Assembly (NCBI GenBank): GCA_964016885.1
Contig: OZ024744.1
Location: 127,348,001-127,412,000, forward strand
Reading direction: 5' to 3'
DNA from: Eledone cirrhosa
Lineage: Eukaryota
Length of the DNA: 64,000 nucleotides
The notes beneath the pieces are model-generated. The model had not been told where the DNA came from. It searched no databases and saw only the letters and a list, made by a program, of their open reading frames with translations. A program made the position numbers and the translations under genes. Shown here one piece after another: positions 11,301 to 24,800 of the stretch. How positions within the stretch are numbered: position 1 is the stretch's first letter; every line of letters begins with the position of its first letter.

Positions 11301-14300
11301 AAGGTGGGGGTAAGTTAAGTTGGGGGTAAGTTAAGTTGGCGTTAAGTTAAGTTGGGGTTAAGTTAAGTTGGGTTTAAGTTAAGTTGGGGCTAAGTTAAGT
11401 TGGGGCTAAGTTAAGTTGGGGCTGAGTTAAGTTGGGGTTGAGTTAAGTTGGGGTTAACTTAAGTTGGGGTTAAGTTGGGGTTAAGTTAAGTTGGGGGTTA
11501 GTTAAGTTGGGGGCAAGTTAAGTTGGGGTTAATTTAAGTTGGGGTTAAGTTAAGTTGGGGTTATGTTAAGTTGGGGTTAAGTTAAGTTGGGGTTAAGTTA
11601 AGTTGGGGGTAAGTTAACTGGGGTTAAGTTAAGTTGGGGGTAAGTTAAGTTGAGGCTAAGTTAAGTTGGGGTTAAGTTAAGTTGGGGTTCAATTAAGTTG
11701 GGGGTAAGTTAAGTTGGGGGTAAGTTAAGTTGGGGTTAAGTTAAGTTGGGGTTAAATTAAGTTGAGGTTAAGTTAAGTTGGGGTTAAGTTAAGTTGGGGT
11801 TAAGTTAAGTTGGGGTTAAGATAAGTTGGGGCTAAGTTCAGTTGGGGCTAAGTCAAGTTGGGGTTAAGTCAAGTTGAGGTTAACTTAAGTTGGGGTTAAG
11901 TTAAGTTGGGGTTAAGTTAAGTTGGGGTTAAGGTAAGTTGGGGTTATGTTAAGTTGGGGCTAAGTTAAGTTGGGGCTAAGTTAAGTTGGGGCTAAGTTAA
12001 GTTGGGGCTGAGTTAAGTTGGGGTTAAGTTAAGTTGGGGTTAAGTTAAGTTGGGATTAAGTTAAGTTGGGGTTAAGTTAAGTTCGGCTTGAGTTAAGTTG
12101 GGGTTAAGTTAAGTTGGGGTTAATTTAAGTTGGGGTTAAGTTAAGTTGGGGGTAAGTTAAGTTGGGTGTAAGTTAAGTTGGGGTTAAGTTAAGTTGGGGT
12201 TCAGTTCAGTTGGGGTTAAGTTAAGTTGGGGTTAAGTTAAGTTGGGGTTAAGTTAAGTTGGGGTTAAGTTAAGTTGGGGGTAAGTTAAGTTGGGGGCAAG
12301 TTAAGTTGGGGTTAATTTAAGTTGGGGTTAAGTTAAGTTGGGGTTATGTTAAGTTGGGGTTAAGTTAAGTTGGGGTTAAGTTAAGTTGGGGGTAACTTAA
12401 GTTGGGGTTAAGTTAAGTTGGGGTTAAGTTAAGTTGAGGGTAAGTTAAGTTGAGGGTAATTTAAGTTGAGTTTAAGTTAAGTTGGGGTTAAGTTAAGTTG
12501 GGGGTAAGTTAAGTTGGGGGTAAGATAAGTTGGGGTTAAGTTAAGTTGGGGTTAAATTAAGTTGAGGTTAAGTTAATTTGGGGTTAAGTTGGGGTTAAGT
12601 TAAGTTGGGGGTAAGATAAGTTGGGGCTAAGTTAAGTTGGGGTTAAATTAAGTTGGGGTTCAGTTAAGTTGGGGTTAAATTAAGTTGGGGTTAAGTTAAG
12701 TTGGGGTTAGTTAAGTTGGGGTTAAGTTAAGTTGGGGTTAAGTTACGTTGGGGTTAAGTTAAGTTGGGGTTAAGTTAAGTTGGGGTTAAGTTAAGTTGGG
12801 GTTAAGTTAAGTTGGGGTTCAGTTAAGTTGGGGTTAAGTTAAGTTGGGGTTAAGTTAAGTTGGGGTTAGTTAAGTTGGGGTTAAGTTAAGTTGGGGTTAA
12901 GTTAAGTTGGGGTTAAGTTAAGTTGGGGTTAAGTTAAGTTGGGGTTAAGTTAAGTTGGCGTTAAGTTAAGTTGGGGTTAAGTTAAGTTGGGGTTAATTTA
13001 AGTTGGGGTTAAGATAAGGTGGGGGTAAGTTAAGTTGGGTGTAAGTTAAGTTGGGGTTAAGTTAAGTTGGGGTTCAGTTCAGTTGGGGTTAAGTTAAGTT
13101 GGGGTTAAGTTAAGCTGGGGGTAAGTTAAGTTGGGGTTAAGTTAAGTTGGGCTTAAGTTAAGTTGGGGTTAAGTTAAGTTGGGGTTAAGTTAAGTTGGAG
13201 TTAAGTTAAGTTGGGGTTAAGCTAAGTTGGGGTTCAGTTAAGTTGGGGTTAAGTTAATTTGGGGCTGAGTTAAGTTGGGGTTAAGTTAAGTTCGGGTTGA
13301 GTTAAGTTGGGGTTAAGTTAAGTTGGGGTTAAGTTAAGTTGGGGTTAAGTTAAGTTGGGGTTAAGATAAGTTGGGGTTAAGTTAAGTTGGGGTTAATTTA
13401 AGTTGGGGTTGAGGTAATTTGGGTTTAAGTTAAGTTGGGCTTAACTTAAGTTGGGGTTAAGTTGGGGTTAAGTTAAGTTGGGGTTAAGTTAAGTTGGGGG
13501 TAAGTTAAGTTGGGGGCAAGTTAAGTTGGGGTTAATTTAAGTTGGGGTTAAGTTAAGTTGGGGTTATGTTAAGTTGGGGTTATGTTAAGTTGGGGTTAAG
13601 TTAAGTTGGGTTTAAGTTAAGTTGGGGGTAAGTTAAGTTGATGGTAAGTTAAGTTGGGGTTAAGTTATGTTGGGGTTAAGTTAAGTTGGGGGTAAGATAA
13701 GTTGGGGCTAAGTTAAGTTGGGCTTAACTTAAGTTGGGGTTAAGTTGGGGTTAATTTAAGTTGGGGTTAAGTTAAGTTGGGGTTAAGGTAAGTTGGGGTT
13801 AAGTTAAGTTGGGGCTAAGTTAAGTTGGGGCTAAGTTAAGTTGGGGCTGAGTTAAGTTGGGGTTAAGTTGGGGTTGAGTTAAGTTGGGGTTAAGTTAAGT
13901 TGGGGTTAACTTAAGTTGGGGTTAAGTTAAGATGGGGTTAAGTTAAGTTGGGGGTAAGTTAAGTTGGGGGCAAGTTGAGTTGGGGTTAAGTTAAGTTGGG
14001 GTTAAGTTAAGGTGGGGGTAAGTTAAGTTGGGGGTAAGTTAAGTTGGCGTTAAGTTAAGTTGGGGTTAAGTTAAGTTGGGTTTAAGTTAAGTTGGGGCTA
14101 AGTTAAGTTGGAGCTAAGTTAAGTTGGGGCTGAGTTAAGTTGGGGTTGAGTTAAGTTGGGGTTAACTTAAGTTGGGGTTAAGTTGGGGTTAAGTTAAGTT
14201 GGGGGTTAGTTAAGTTGGGGGCAAGTTAAGTTGGGGTTAATTTAAGTTGGGGTTAAGTTAAGTTGGGGTTATGTTAAGTTGGGGTTAAGTTAAGTTGGGG

Positions 14301-14850
14301 TTAAGTTAAGTTGGGGGTAAGTTAACTGGGGTTAAGTTAAGTTGGGGGTAAGTTAAGTTGAGGCTAAGTTAAGTTGGGGTTAAGTTAAGTTGGGGTTCAA
14401 TTAAGTTGGGGGTAAGTTAAGTTGGGGGTAAGTTAAGTTGGGGTTAAGTTAAGTTGGGGTTAATTTAAATTGAGGTTAAGTTAAGTTGGGGTTAAGTTAA
14501 GTTGGGGTTAAGTTAAGTTGGGGTTAAGATAAGTTGGGGCTAAGTTCAGTTGGGGCTAAGTCAAGTTGGGGTTAAGTCAAGTTGAGGTTAACTTAAGTTG
14601 GGGTTAAGTTAAGTTGGGGTTAAGTTAAGTTGGGGTTAAGGTAAGTTGGGGTTATGTTAAGTTGGGGCTAAGTTAAGTTGGGGCTAAGTTAAGTTGGGGC
14701 TAAGTTAAGTTGGGGCTGAGTTAAGTTGGGGTTAAGTTAAGTTGGGGTTGAGTTAAGTTGGGGTTAAGTTAAGTTGGGATTAAGTTAAGTTGGGGTTAAG
14801 TTAAGTTCGGCTTGAGTTAAGTTGGGGTTAAGTTAAGTTGGGGTTAATTT
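850..14850 (+). repeat. Tandem ~6.8-7.2-kb higher-order duplication (copy 1 ~850-7610, copy 2 ~7610-14850)
   Basis: Collinear rare markers: GGGATT 1571/8334 and GGGCG 2099/8862 (offset 6763), TTATTT 3460/10334 (6874), TGCGGG 3961/10995 (7034), GAGTTT 5290/12468 and TTACG 5565/12743 (7178), AGAT 6741/13930 (7189), CGGC 7571/14808 (7237). Confidence 0.88.
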
Positions 14851-15214
14851 AAGTTGGGGTTAAGTTAAGTTGGGGGTAAGTTAAGTTGGGTGTAAGTTAA
14901 GTTGGGGTTAAGTTAAGTTGGGGTTCAGTTCAGTTGGGGTTAAGTTAAGTTGGGGTTAAGTTAAGTTGTGGTTAAGTTAAGCTGGGGGTAAGTTAAGTTG
15001 GGGTTAAGTTAAGTTGGGGTTAAGTTAAGTTGGGGTTAAGTTAAGTTGGAGTTAAGTTGGGGTTAAGCTAAGTTGGGGTTCAGTTAAGTTGGGGTTAAGT
15101 TAATTTGGGGCTGAGTTAAGTTGGGGTTAAGTTAAGTTCGGGTTGAGTTAAGTTGGGGTTAAGTTAAGTTGGGGTTAAGTTAAGTTGGGGTTAAGTTAAG
15201 TTGGGGTTAAGATA

Positions 15215-18200
15215 AGTTGGGGTTAAGTTAAGTTGGGGTTAATTTAAGTTGGGGTTGAGTTAATTTGGGTTTAAGTTAAGTTGGGCTTAACTTAAGTTGG
15301 GGTTAAGTTGGGGTTAAGTTAAGTTGGGGTTAATTTAAGTTGGGGGTAAGTTAAGTTGGGGGCAAGTTAAGTTGGGGTTAATTTAAGTTGGGGTTAAGTT
15401 AAGTTGGGGTTATGTTAAGTTGGGGTTATGTTAAGTTGGGGTTAAGTTAAGTTGGGGTTAAGTTAAGTTGGGGGTAACTTAAGTTGGGGTTAAGTTAAGT
15501 TGAGGGTAAGTTAAGTTGAGGGTAAGTTAAGTTGAGGTTAAGTTAAGTTGGGGTTAAGTTAAGTTGGGGGTAAGTTAAGTTGGGGGTAAGTTAAGTTGGG
15601 GTTAAGTTAAGTTGGGGTTAAATTAAGTTGAGGTTAAGTTAATTTGGGGTTAAGTTAAGTTGGGGTTAAGTTAAGTTGGGGGTAAGATAAGTCGGGGCTA
15701 AGTTAAGTTGGGGCTAAGTCAAGTTGGGGTTAAGTCAAGTTGAGGTTAACTTAAGTTGGGGTTAATTTAAGTTGGGGTTAAGTTAAGTTGGGGTTAAGGT
15801 AAGTTGGGGTTGAGTTAAGTTGGGGCTAAGTTAAGTTGGGGTTGAGTTAAGTTGGGGTTGAGTTAAGTTGGGGTTAAGTTAAGTTGGGGTTAAGTTAAGT
15901 TGGGGGTGAGTTAAGTTGGGGGCGAGTTAAGTTGGGGTTAAGTTAAGTTGGGGTTAAGTTAAGTTGGGGTTAAGTTAAGTTAGGGTTAATTTCAGTTGGG
16001 GTTATGTTAAGTTGGCGTTAAGTTAAGTTGGGGTTAAGTTAAAGTTGGGGTTAAGTTAAGTTGGGGTAAAGTTAAGTTAGGGTTAAGTTAAGTTGGGGTT
16101 AAGTTAAGTTGGGGTTAAGTTAAGTTGGGGTTAAGGTAAGTTGGAGTTAAGTTAAGTTGGGGTTAACTTAAGTTGGGGTTAAGTTGGGGTTAAGTTAAGT
16201 TGGGGTTAAGTTAAGTTGGGGGTTAGTTAAGTTGGGGGCAAGTTAAGTTGGGGTTAATTTAAGTTGGGGTTAAGTTAAGTTGGGGTTATGCTAAGTTGGG
16301 GTTAAGTTAAGTTGGGGTTAAGTTAAGTTGGGGGTAAGTTAAGTTGGGGTTAAGTTAAGTTGGGGGTAAGTTAAGTTGGGGGTAAGTTAAGTTGAGGGTA
16401 AGTTAAGTTGGGGTTAAGTTAAGTTGGGGTTAAATTGAGTTGGGGGTAAGTTAAGTTGGGGGTAAGTTAAGTTGGGGTTAAGTTAAGTTGGGGTTAAGTT
16501 AAGTTGGGGTTAAGTTAAGGTGGGGGTAAGTTAAGTTGGGGTTAAGTTAATTTGCGGTTAAGTTAGGTTGTGGGTTAAGTTAAGTTGGGGTTAAGTTAAG
16601 CTGGGGTTAAGTTGGGGTTAAGTTAAGTTGGGGTTAAGTTAAGTTGGGGTTAAGTTAAGTTGGGGGTAAGTTAAGTTGGGGTTAAGTTAAGTTGGGGTTA
16701 AGTTAAGTTGGGGTTAAGTTAAGTTGGGGGTAAGATAAGTTGGGGCTAAGTTAAGTTGGGGCTAAGTCAAGTTGGGGTTAAGTCAAGTTGAGGTTAACTT
16801 AAGTTGGGGTTAAGTTAAGTTGGGGTTAAGTTAAGTTGGGGTTAAGATAAGTTGGGGTTAAGTTAAGTTGGGGCTAAGTTAAGTTGGGGCTAAGTTAAGT
16901 TGGGGCTGAGTTAAGTTGGGGTTAAGTTGGGGTTGAGTTAATTTGGGGTTAAGTTAAGTTGGGATTAAGTTAAGTTGGGGTAAAGTTAAGTTCGGGTTGA
17001 GTTAAGTTGGGGTTAAGTTAAGTTGGGGTTAATTTAAGTTGGGGTTGAGTTAATTTGGGTTTAAGTTAAGTTGGGCTTAACTTAAGTTGGGGTTAAGTTG
17101 GGGTTAAGTTAAGTTGGGGTTAATTTAAGTTGGGGGTAAGTTAAGTTGGGGGCAAGTTAAGTTGGGGTTAATTTAAGTTGGGGTTAAGTTAAGTTGGGGT
17201 TATGTTAAGTTGGGGTTATGTTAAGTTGGGGTTAAGTTAAGTTGGGGTTAAGTTAAGTTGGGGGTAACTTAAGTTGGGGTTAAGTTAAGTTGAGGGTAAG
17301 TTAAGTTGAGGGTAAGTTAAGTTGAGGTTAAGTTAAGTTGGGGTTAAGTTAAGTTGGGGGTAAGTTAAGTTGGGGGTAAGTTAAGTTGGGGTTAAGTTAA
17401 GTTGGGGTTAAATTAAGTTGAGGTTAAGTTAATTTGGGGTTAAGTTAAGTTGGGGTTAAGTTAAGTTGGGGGTAAGATAAGTCGGGGCTAAGTTAAGTTG
17501 GGGCTAAGTCAAGTTGGGGTTAAGTCAAGTTGAGGTTAACTTAAGTTGGGGTTAATTTAAGTTGGGGTTAAGTTAAGTTGGGGTTAAGGTAAGTTGGGGT
17601 TAAGTTAAGTTGGGGCTAAGTTAAGTTGGGGTTGAGTTAAGTTGGGGTTGAGTTAAGTTGGGGTTAAGTTAAGTTGGGGTTAAGTTAAGTTGGGGGTAAG
17701 TTAAGTTGGGGGCGAGTTAAGTTGGGGTTAAGTTAAGTTGGGGTTAAGTTAAGTTGGGGTTAAGTTAAGTTAGGGTTAATTTCAGTTGGGGTTATGTTAA
17801 GTTGGCGTTAAGTTAAGTTGGGGTTAAGTTAAAGTTGGGGTTAAGTTAAGTTGGGGTAAAGTTAAGTTAGGGTTAAGTTAAGTTGGGGTTAAGTTAAGTT
17901 GGGGTTAAGTTAAGTTGGGGTTAAGGTAAGTTGGAGTTAAGTTAAGTTGGGGTTAACTTAAGTTGGGGTTAAGTTGGGGTTAAGTTAAGTTGGGGTTAAG
18001 TTAAGTTGGGGGTTAGTTAAGTTGGGGGCAAGTTAAGTTGGGGTTAATTTAAGTTGGGGTTAAGTTAAGTTGGGGTTATGCTAAGTTGGGGTTAAGTTAA
18101 GTTGGGGTTAAGTTAAGTTGGGGGTAAGTTAAGTTGGGGTTAAGTTAAGTTGGGGGTAAGTTAAGTTGGGGGTAAGTTAAGTTGAGGGTAAGTTAAGTTG

Positions 18201-18800
18201 GGGTTAAGTTAAGTTGGGGTTAAATTGAGTTGGGGGTAAGTTAAGTTGGGGGTAAGTTAAGTTGGGGTTAAGTTAAGTTGGGGTTAAGTTAAGTTGGGGT
18301 TAAGTTAAGGTGGGGGTAAGTTAAGTTGGGGTTAAGTTAATTTGCGGTTAAGTTAGGTTGTGGGTTAAGTTAAGTTGGGGTTAAGTTAAGCTGGGGTTAA
18401 GTTGGTGTTAAGTTAAGTTGGGGTTAAGTTAAGTTGGGGTTAAGTTAAGTTGGGGGTAAGTTAAGTTGGGGTTAAGTTAAGTTGGGGTTAAGTTAAGTTG
18501 GGGTTAAGTTAAGTTGGGGGTAAGATAAGTTGGGGCTAAGTTAAGTTGGGGCTAAGTCAAGTTGGGGTTAAGTCAAGTTGAGGTTAACTTAAGTTGGGGT
18601 TAAGTTAAGTTGGGGTTAAGTTAAGTTGGGGTTAAGATAAGTTGGGGTTAAGTTAAGTTGGGGCTAAGTTAAGTTGGGGCTAAGTTAAGTTGGGGCTGAG
18701 TTAAGTTGGGGTTAAGTTGGGGTTGAGTTAATTTGGGGTTAAGTTAAGTTGGGATTAAGTTAAGTTGGGGTAAAGTTAAGTTCGGGTTGAGTTAAGTTGG
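15215..18800 (+). repeat. 1,790-bp HOR unit x2
   Basis: TTTGCGG-TTAAGTTAGG-TTGTGGG is at 16551 and 18341, and AATTTAAG at 15241/17031. GATAAGTCGGGG, GGGGGCGAG, TTATGCTAAG and TTAAATTGAG each recur once per unit. Confidence 0.93.
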
Positions 18801-21800
18801 GGTTAAGTTAAGTTGGGGTTAAGTTAAGTTGGGGTTAATTTAAGTTGGGGTTAAGTTAAGTTGGGGTTAAGATAAGTTGGGGTTAAGTTAAGTTTGGGTT
18901 AAGTTAAGTTGGGGTTGAGTTAATTTGGGGTTAAGTTGGGGTTAACTTAAGTTTGGGTTAAGTTAAGTTGGGGTTAAGTTAAGTTGGGGGTAAGTTAAGT
19001 TGGGTGCAAGTTGAGTTGGGGTTAAGTTAAGTTGGGGTTAAGTTAAGGTGGGGGTAAGTTAAGTTGGGGGTAAGTTAAGTTGGGGTTAAGTTAAGTTGGG
19101 GTTAAGTTAAGTTGGGTTTAAGTTAAGTTGGGGCTAAGTTAAGTTGGAGCTAAGTTAAGTTGGGGCTGAGTTAAGTTGGGGTTAACTTAAGTTGGGGTTA
19201 AGTTGGGGTTAAGTTAAGTTGGGGTTAAATTAAGTTGGGGGTTAGTTAAGTTGGGGCAAGTTAAGTTGGGGTTAATTTAAGTTGGGGTTAAGTTAAGTTG
19301 GGGTTAAATTAAGTTGGGGTTAAGTTAAGTTGGGGTTGAGGTAAGTTGGGGTTATGTTAAGTTGGGGCTAAGTTAAGTTGGGGCTAAGTTAAGTTGGGGC
19401 TGAGTTAAGTTGGGGTTAAGTTAAGTTGGGGTTGAGTTAAGTTGGGGTTAAGTTAAGTTGGGATTAAGTTAAGTTGGGGTTAAGTTAAGTTCGGCTTGAG
19501 TTAAGTTGGGGTTAAGTTAAGTTGGGGTTAATTTAAGTTGGGGTTAAGTTAAGTTGGGGTTAAGATAAGTTGGGGTTAAGTTAAGTTGGGGTTAAGTTAA
19601 GTTTGGGTTGAGTTAATTTGGGGTTAAGTTAAGTTGGGGTTAACTTAAGTTGGGGTTAAGTTGGGGTTAAGTTAAGTTGGGGGTAGGTTAAGTTGGGGTT
19701 AAGTTAAGTTGGGGGTAAGTTAAGTCGGGGTTAAGTTAAGTTGGGGGTAAGTTAAGTCGGGGTTAAGTTAAGTTGGGGTTAAGTTAAGTTGGGGTTAAGT
19801 TAAGTTGGGGGTAAGTTAAGTCGGGGTTAAGTTAAGTTGGGGTTAAGTTAAGTTGGGTTTAAGTTAAGTTGGGGCTAAGTTAAGTTGGGGCTAAGTTAAG
19901 TTGGGGCTGAGTTAAGTTGGGGGTAAGTTAAGTTGGGTGTAAGTTAAGTTGGGGTTAAGTTAAGTTGGGGTTCAGTTCAGTTGGGGTTAAGTTAAGTTGG
20001 GGTTAAGTTAAGCTGGGGTTAAGTTAAGTTGGGGTTAATTTAAGTTGGGGTTAAGTTAAGTTGGGGTTAAGTTAAGTTGGGGTTGAGTTAAGTTGGGGTT
20101 GAGTTAAGTTGGGGTTAAGTTAAGTTGGGGTTAAGTTAAGTTGGGGTTAAGTTAAGTTGGGGTTAAGTTAAGTTGGGGTTAAGTTAAGTTGGGGGTAAGT
20201 TAAGTTGGGGTTAAGTTAAGTTGGGGTTAAGTTAAGTTGGGGTTAAGTTAAGTTAGGGTTAATTTCAGTTGGGGTTATGTTAAGTTGGCGTTAGGTTAAG
20301 TTGGGGTTAAGTTAAAGTTGGGGTTAAGTTAAGTTGGGGTAAAGTTAAGTTAGGGTTAAATTAAGTTGGGGTTCAGTTAAGTTGGGGTTAAATTAAGTTG
20401 GGGTTAAGTTAAGTTGGGGTTAGTTAAGTTGGGGTTAAGTTAAGTTGGGGTTAAATTAAGTTGGGGTTAAGTTAAGTTGGGGTTAAGTTAAGTTGGGGTT
20501 AAGTTAAGTTGGCGTTAAGTTAAGTTGGGGTTAAGTTAAGTTGGGGTTAAGTTAAGTTGGGGTTAAGTTAAGTTGGGGTTAAGTTAAGTTGGGGTTAAGT
20601 TAAGTTGGAGTTAAGTCAAGTTGGGGTTAAGTCAAGTTGGGGTTAAGTCAAGTTGGGGTTAAGTCAAGTTGGGGTTAAGTTAAGTTGGGGTTAAGTTAAG
20701 TTGGGGTTAAGTTAAGTTGGGGGTAAGTTAAGTTGGGTGTAAGTTAAGTTGGGGTTAAGTTAAGTTGGGGTTCAGTTCAGTTGGGGTTAAGTTAAGTTGG
20801 GGTTAAGTTAAGCTGGGGGTAAGTTAAGTTGGGGTTAAGTTAAGTTGGGGTTAAGTTAAGTTGGGGTTAAGTTAAGTTGGGGTTAAGTTAAGTTGGAGTT
20901 AAGTTAAGTTGGGGTTAAGCTAAGTTGGGGTTCAGTTAAGTTGGGGTTAAGTTAATTTGGGGCTGAGTTAAGTTGGGGTTAAGTTAAGTTCGGGTTGAGT
21001 TAAGTTGGGGTTAATTTAAGTTGGGGTTAAGTTAAGTTGGGGTTAAGATAAGTTGGGGTTAAGTTAAGTTGGGGTTAATTTAAGTTGGGGTTGAGTTAAT
21101 TTGGGTTTAATTTAAGTTGGGCTTAACTTAAGTTGGGGTTAAGTTAAGTTGGGGTTAAGTTAAGTTGGGGGTAAGTTAAGTTGGGGGCAAGTTAAGTTGG
21201 GGTTAATTTAAGTTGGGGTTAAGTTAAGTTGGGGTTATGTTAAGTTGGGGTTAAGTTAAGTTGGGGTTAAGTTAAGTTGGGGGTAACTTAAGTTGGGGTT
21301 AAGTTAAGTTGGGGTTAAGTTAAGTTGAGGGTAAGTTAAGTTGAGGGTAAGTTAAGTTGAGGTTAAGTTAAGTTGGGGTTAAGTTAAGTTGGGGGTAAGT
21401 TAAGTTGGGGGTAAGTTAAGTTGGGGTTAAGTTAAGTTGGGGTTAAATTAAGTTGAGGTTAAGTTAATTTGGGGTTAAGTTGGGGTTAAGTTAAGTTGGG
21501 GGTAAGATAAGTTGGGGCTAAGTTAAGTTGGGGCTAAGTCAAGTTGGGGTTAAGTCAAGTTGAGGTTAACTTAAGTTGGGGTTAAGTTAAGTTGGGGTTA
21601 AGTTAAGTTGGGGCTAAGTTAAGTTGGGGCTAAGTTAAGTTGGGGCTGAGTTAAGTTGGGGTTAAGTTAAGTTGGGGTTAAGTTAAGTTAGAGTTAATTT
21701 CAGTTGGGGTTATATTAAGTTGGGGTTAAGTTAAAGTTGGGGTTAAGTTAAGTTGGGGTAAAGTTAAGTTAGGGTTAAGTTAAGTTGGGGTTAAGTTAAG

Positions 21801-21814
21801 TTGGGCTTAAATTA

Positions 21815-24800
21815 AGTTGGGGTTAAGTTAAGTTGTGGTTAAGTTAAGTTGGGGTTAAATTATGTTGGGGTTCAGTTAAGTTGGGGTTACATTAAGTTGG
21901 GGTTAAGTTAAGTTGGGGTTAGTTAAGTTGGGGTTAAGTTAAGTTGGGGTTAAGTTAAGTTGGGGTTAAATTAAGTTGGGGTTAAGTTAAGTTGGGGTTA
22001 AGTTAAGTTGGGTTTAAATTAAGTTGGGGTTCAGTTAAGTTGGGGTTAAGTTAAGTTGGGGTTAAGTTAAGTTGGGGTTAGTTAAGTTGGGGTTAAGTTA
22101 AGTTGGGGTTAAGTTAAGTTGGGGTTAAGTTAAGTTGGGGTTAAGTTAAGTTGGCGTTAAGTTAAGTTGGGGTTAAGTTAAGTTGGGGTTAATTTAAGTT
22201 GGGGTTAAGATAAGGTGTGGTTAAGTTAAGTTGGGGGTAAGTTAAGTTGGGTGTAAGTTAAGTTGGGGTTAAGTTAAGTTGGGGTTCAGTTCAGTTGGGG
22301 TTAAGTTAAGTTGGGGTTAAGTTAAGTTGGGGGTAAGTTAAGTTGGGGTTAAGTTAAGTTGGGGTTAAGTTAAGTTGGGGTTAAGTTAAGTTGGGGTTAA
22401 GTTAAGTTGGGGTTAAGTTAAGTTGGGGTTAAGTTAATTTGGGGCTGAGTTAAGTTGGGGTTAAGTTAAGTTCGGGTTGAGTTAAGTTGGGGTTAAGTTA
22501 AGTTGGGGTTAAGTTAAGTTGGGGTTAAGTTAAGTTGGGGTTAAGATAAGTTGGGGTTAAGTTAAGTTGGGTTTAATTTAAGTTGGGGTTGAGGTAATTT
22601 GGGTTTAAGTTAAGTTGGGCTTAACTTAAGTTGGGGTTAAGTTGGGGTTAAGTTAAGTTGGGGTTAAGTTAAGTTGGGGGTAAGTTAAGTTGGGGGCAAG
22701 TTAAGTTGGGGTTAATTTAAGTTGGGGTTAAGTTAAGTTGGGGTTATGTTAAGTTGGGGTTATGTTAAGTTGGGGTTAAGTTAAGTTGGGGTTAAGTTAA
22801 GTTGGGGGTAAGTTAAGTTGATGGTAAGTTAAGTTGGGGTTAAGTTAAGTTGGGGTTAAGTTAAGTTGGGGGTAAGATAAGTTGGGGCTAAGTTAAGTTG
22901 GGCTTAACTTAAGTTGGGGTTAAGTTGGGGTTAATTTAAGTTGGGGTTAAGTTAAGTTGGGGTTAAGGTAAGTTGGGGTTAAGTTAAGTTGGGGCTAAGT
23001 TAAGTTGGGGCTAAGTTAAGTTGGGGCTGAGTTAAGTTGGGGTTAAGTTGGGGTTGAGTTAAGTTGGGGTTAAGTTAAGTTGGGGTTAACTTAAGTTGGG
23101 GTTAAGTTAAGATGGGGTTAAGTTAAGTTGGGGGTAAGTTAAGTTGGGGGCAAGTTGAGTTGGGGTTAAGTTAAGTTGGGGTTAAGTTAAGGTGGGGGTA
23201 AGTTAAGTTGGGGGTAAGTTAAGTTGGCGTTAAGTTAAGTTGGGGTTAAGTTAAGTTGGGTTTAAGTTAAGTTGGGGCTAAGTTAAGTTGGGGCTAAGTT
23301 AAGTTGGGGCTGAGTTAAGTTGGGGTTGAGTTAAGTTGGGGTTAACTTAAGTTGGGGTTGAGTTGGGGTTAAGTTAAGTTGGGGGTTAGTTAAGTTGGGG
23401 GCAAGTTAAGTTGGGGTTAATTTAAGTTGGGGTTAAGTTAAGTTGGGGTTATGTTAAGTTGGGGTTAAGTTAAGTTGGGGTTAAGTTAAGTTGGGGGTAA
23501 GTTAACTGGGGTTAAGTTAAGTTGGGGGTAAGTTAAGTTGAGGCTAAGTTAAGTTGGGGTTAAGTTAAGTTGGGGTTCAATTAAGTTGGGGGTAAGTTAA
23601 GTTGGGGTTAAGTTAAGTTGTGGTTAAGATAAGTTGGGGCTAAGTTCAGTTGGGGCTAAGTCAAGTTGGGGTTAAGTCAAGTTGAGGTTAACTTAAGTTG
23701 GGGTTAAGTTAAGTTGGGGTTAAGTTAAGTTGGGGTTAAGGTAAGTTGGGGTTATGTTAAGTTGGGGCTAAGTTAAGTTGGGGCTAAGTTAAGTTGGGGC
23801 TAAATTAAGTTGGGGCTGAGTTAAGTTGGGGTTAAGTTAAGTTGGGGTTGAGTTAAGTTGGGGTTAAGTTAAGTTGGGATTAAGTTAAGTTGGGGTTAAG
23901 TTAAGTTCGGCTTGAGTTAAGTTGGGGTTAAGTTAAGTTGGGGTTAATTTAAGTTGGGGTTAAGTTAAGTTGGGGGTAAGTTAAGTTGGGTGTAAATTAA
24001 GTTGGGGTTAAGTTAAGTTGGGGTTCAGTTCAGTTGGGGTTAAGTTAAGTTGGGGTTAAGTTAAGTTGGGGTTAAGTTAAGTTGGGGGTAACTTAAATTG
24101 GGGGCAAGTTAAGTTGGGGTTAATTTAAGTTGGGGTTAAGTTAAGTTGGGGTTATGTTAAGTTGGGGTTAAGTTAAGTTGGGGTTAAGTTAAGTTGGGGG
24201 TAACTTAAGTTGGGGTTAAGTTAAGTTGGGGTTAAGTTAAGTTGAGGGTAAGTTAAGTTGAGGGTAAGTTAAGTTGAGGTTAAGTTAAGTTGGGGTTAAG
24301 TTAAGTTGGGGGTAAGTTAAGTTGGGGGTAAGTTAAGTTGGGGTTAAGTTAAGTTGGGGTTAAATTAAGTTGAGGTTAAGTTAATTTGGGGTTAAGTTGG
24401 GGTTAAGTTAAGTTGGGGGTAAGATAAGTTGGGGCTAAGTCAAGTTGGGGTTAAGTCAAGTTGAGGTTAACTTAAGTTGGGGTTAAGTTAAGTTGGGGTT
24501 AAGTTAAGTTGGGGCTAAGTCAAGTTGGGGTTAAGTCAAGTTGAGGTTAACTTAAGTTGGGGTTAAGTTAAGTTGGGGTTAAGTTAAGTTGGGGCTAAGT
24601 TAAGTTGGGGCTAAGTAAAGTTAGGGTTAATTTCAGTTGGGGTTATGTTAAGTTGGGGTTAAGTTAAAGTTGGGGTTAAGTTAAGTTGGGGTAAAGTTAA
24701 GTTAGGGTTAAGTTAAGTTGGGGTTAAGTTAAGTTGGGCTTAAATTAAGTTGGGGTTAAGTTAAGTTGGGGTTAAGTTAAGTTGGGGTTAAATTAAGTTG

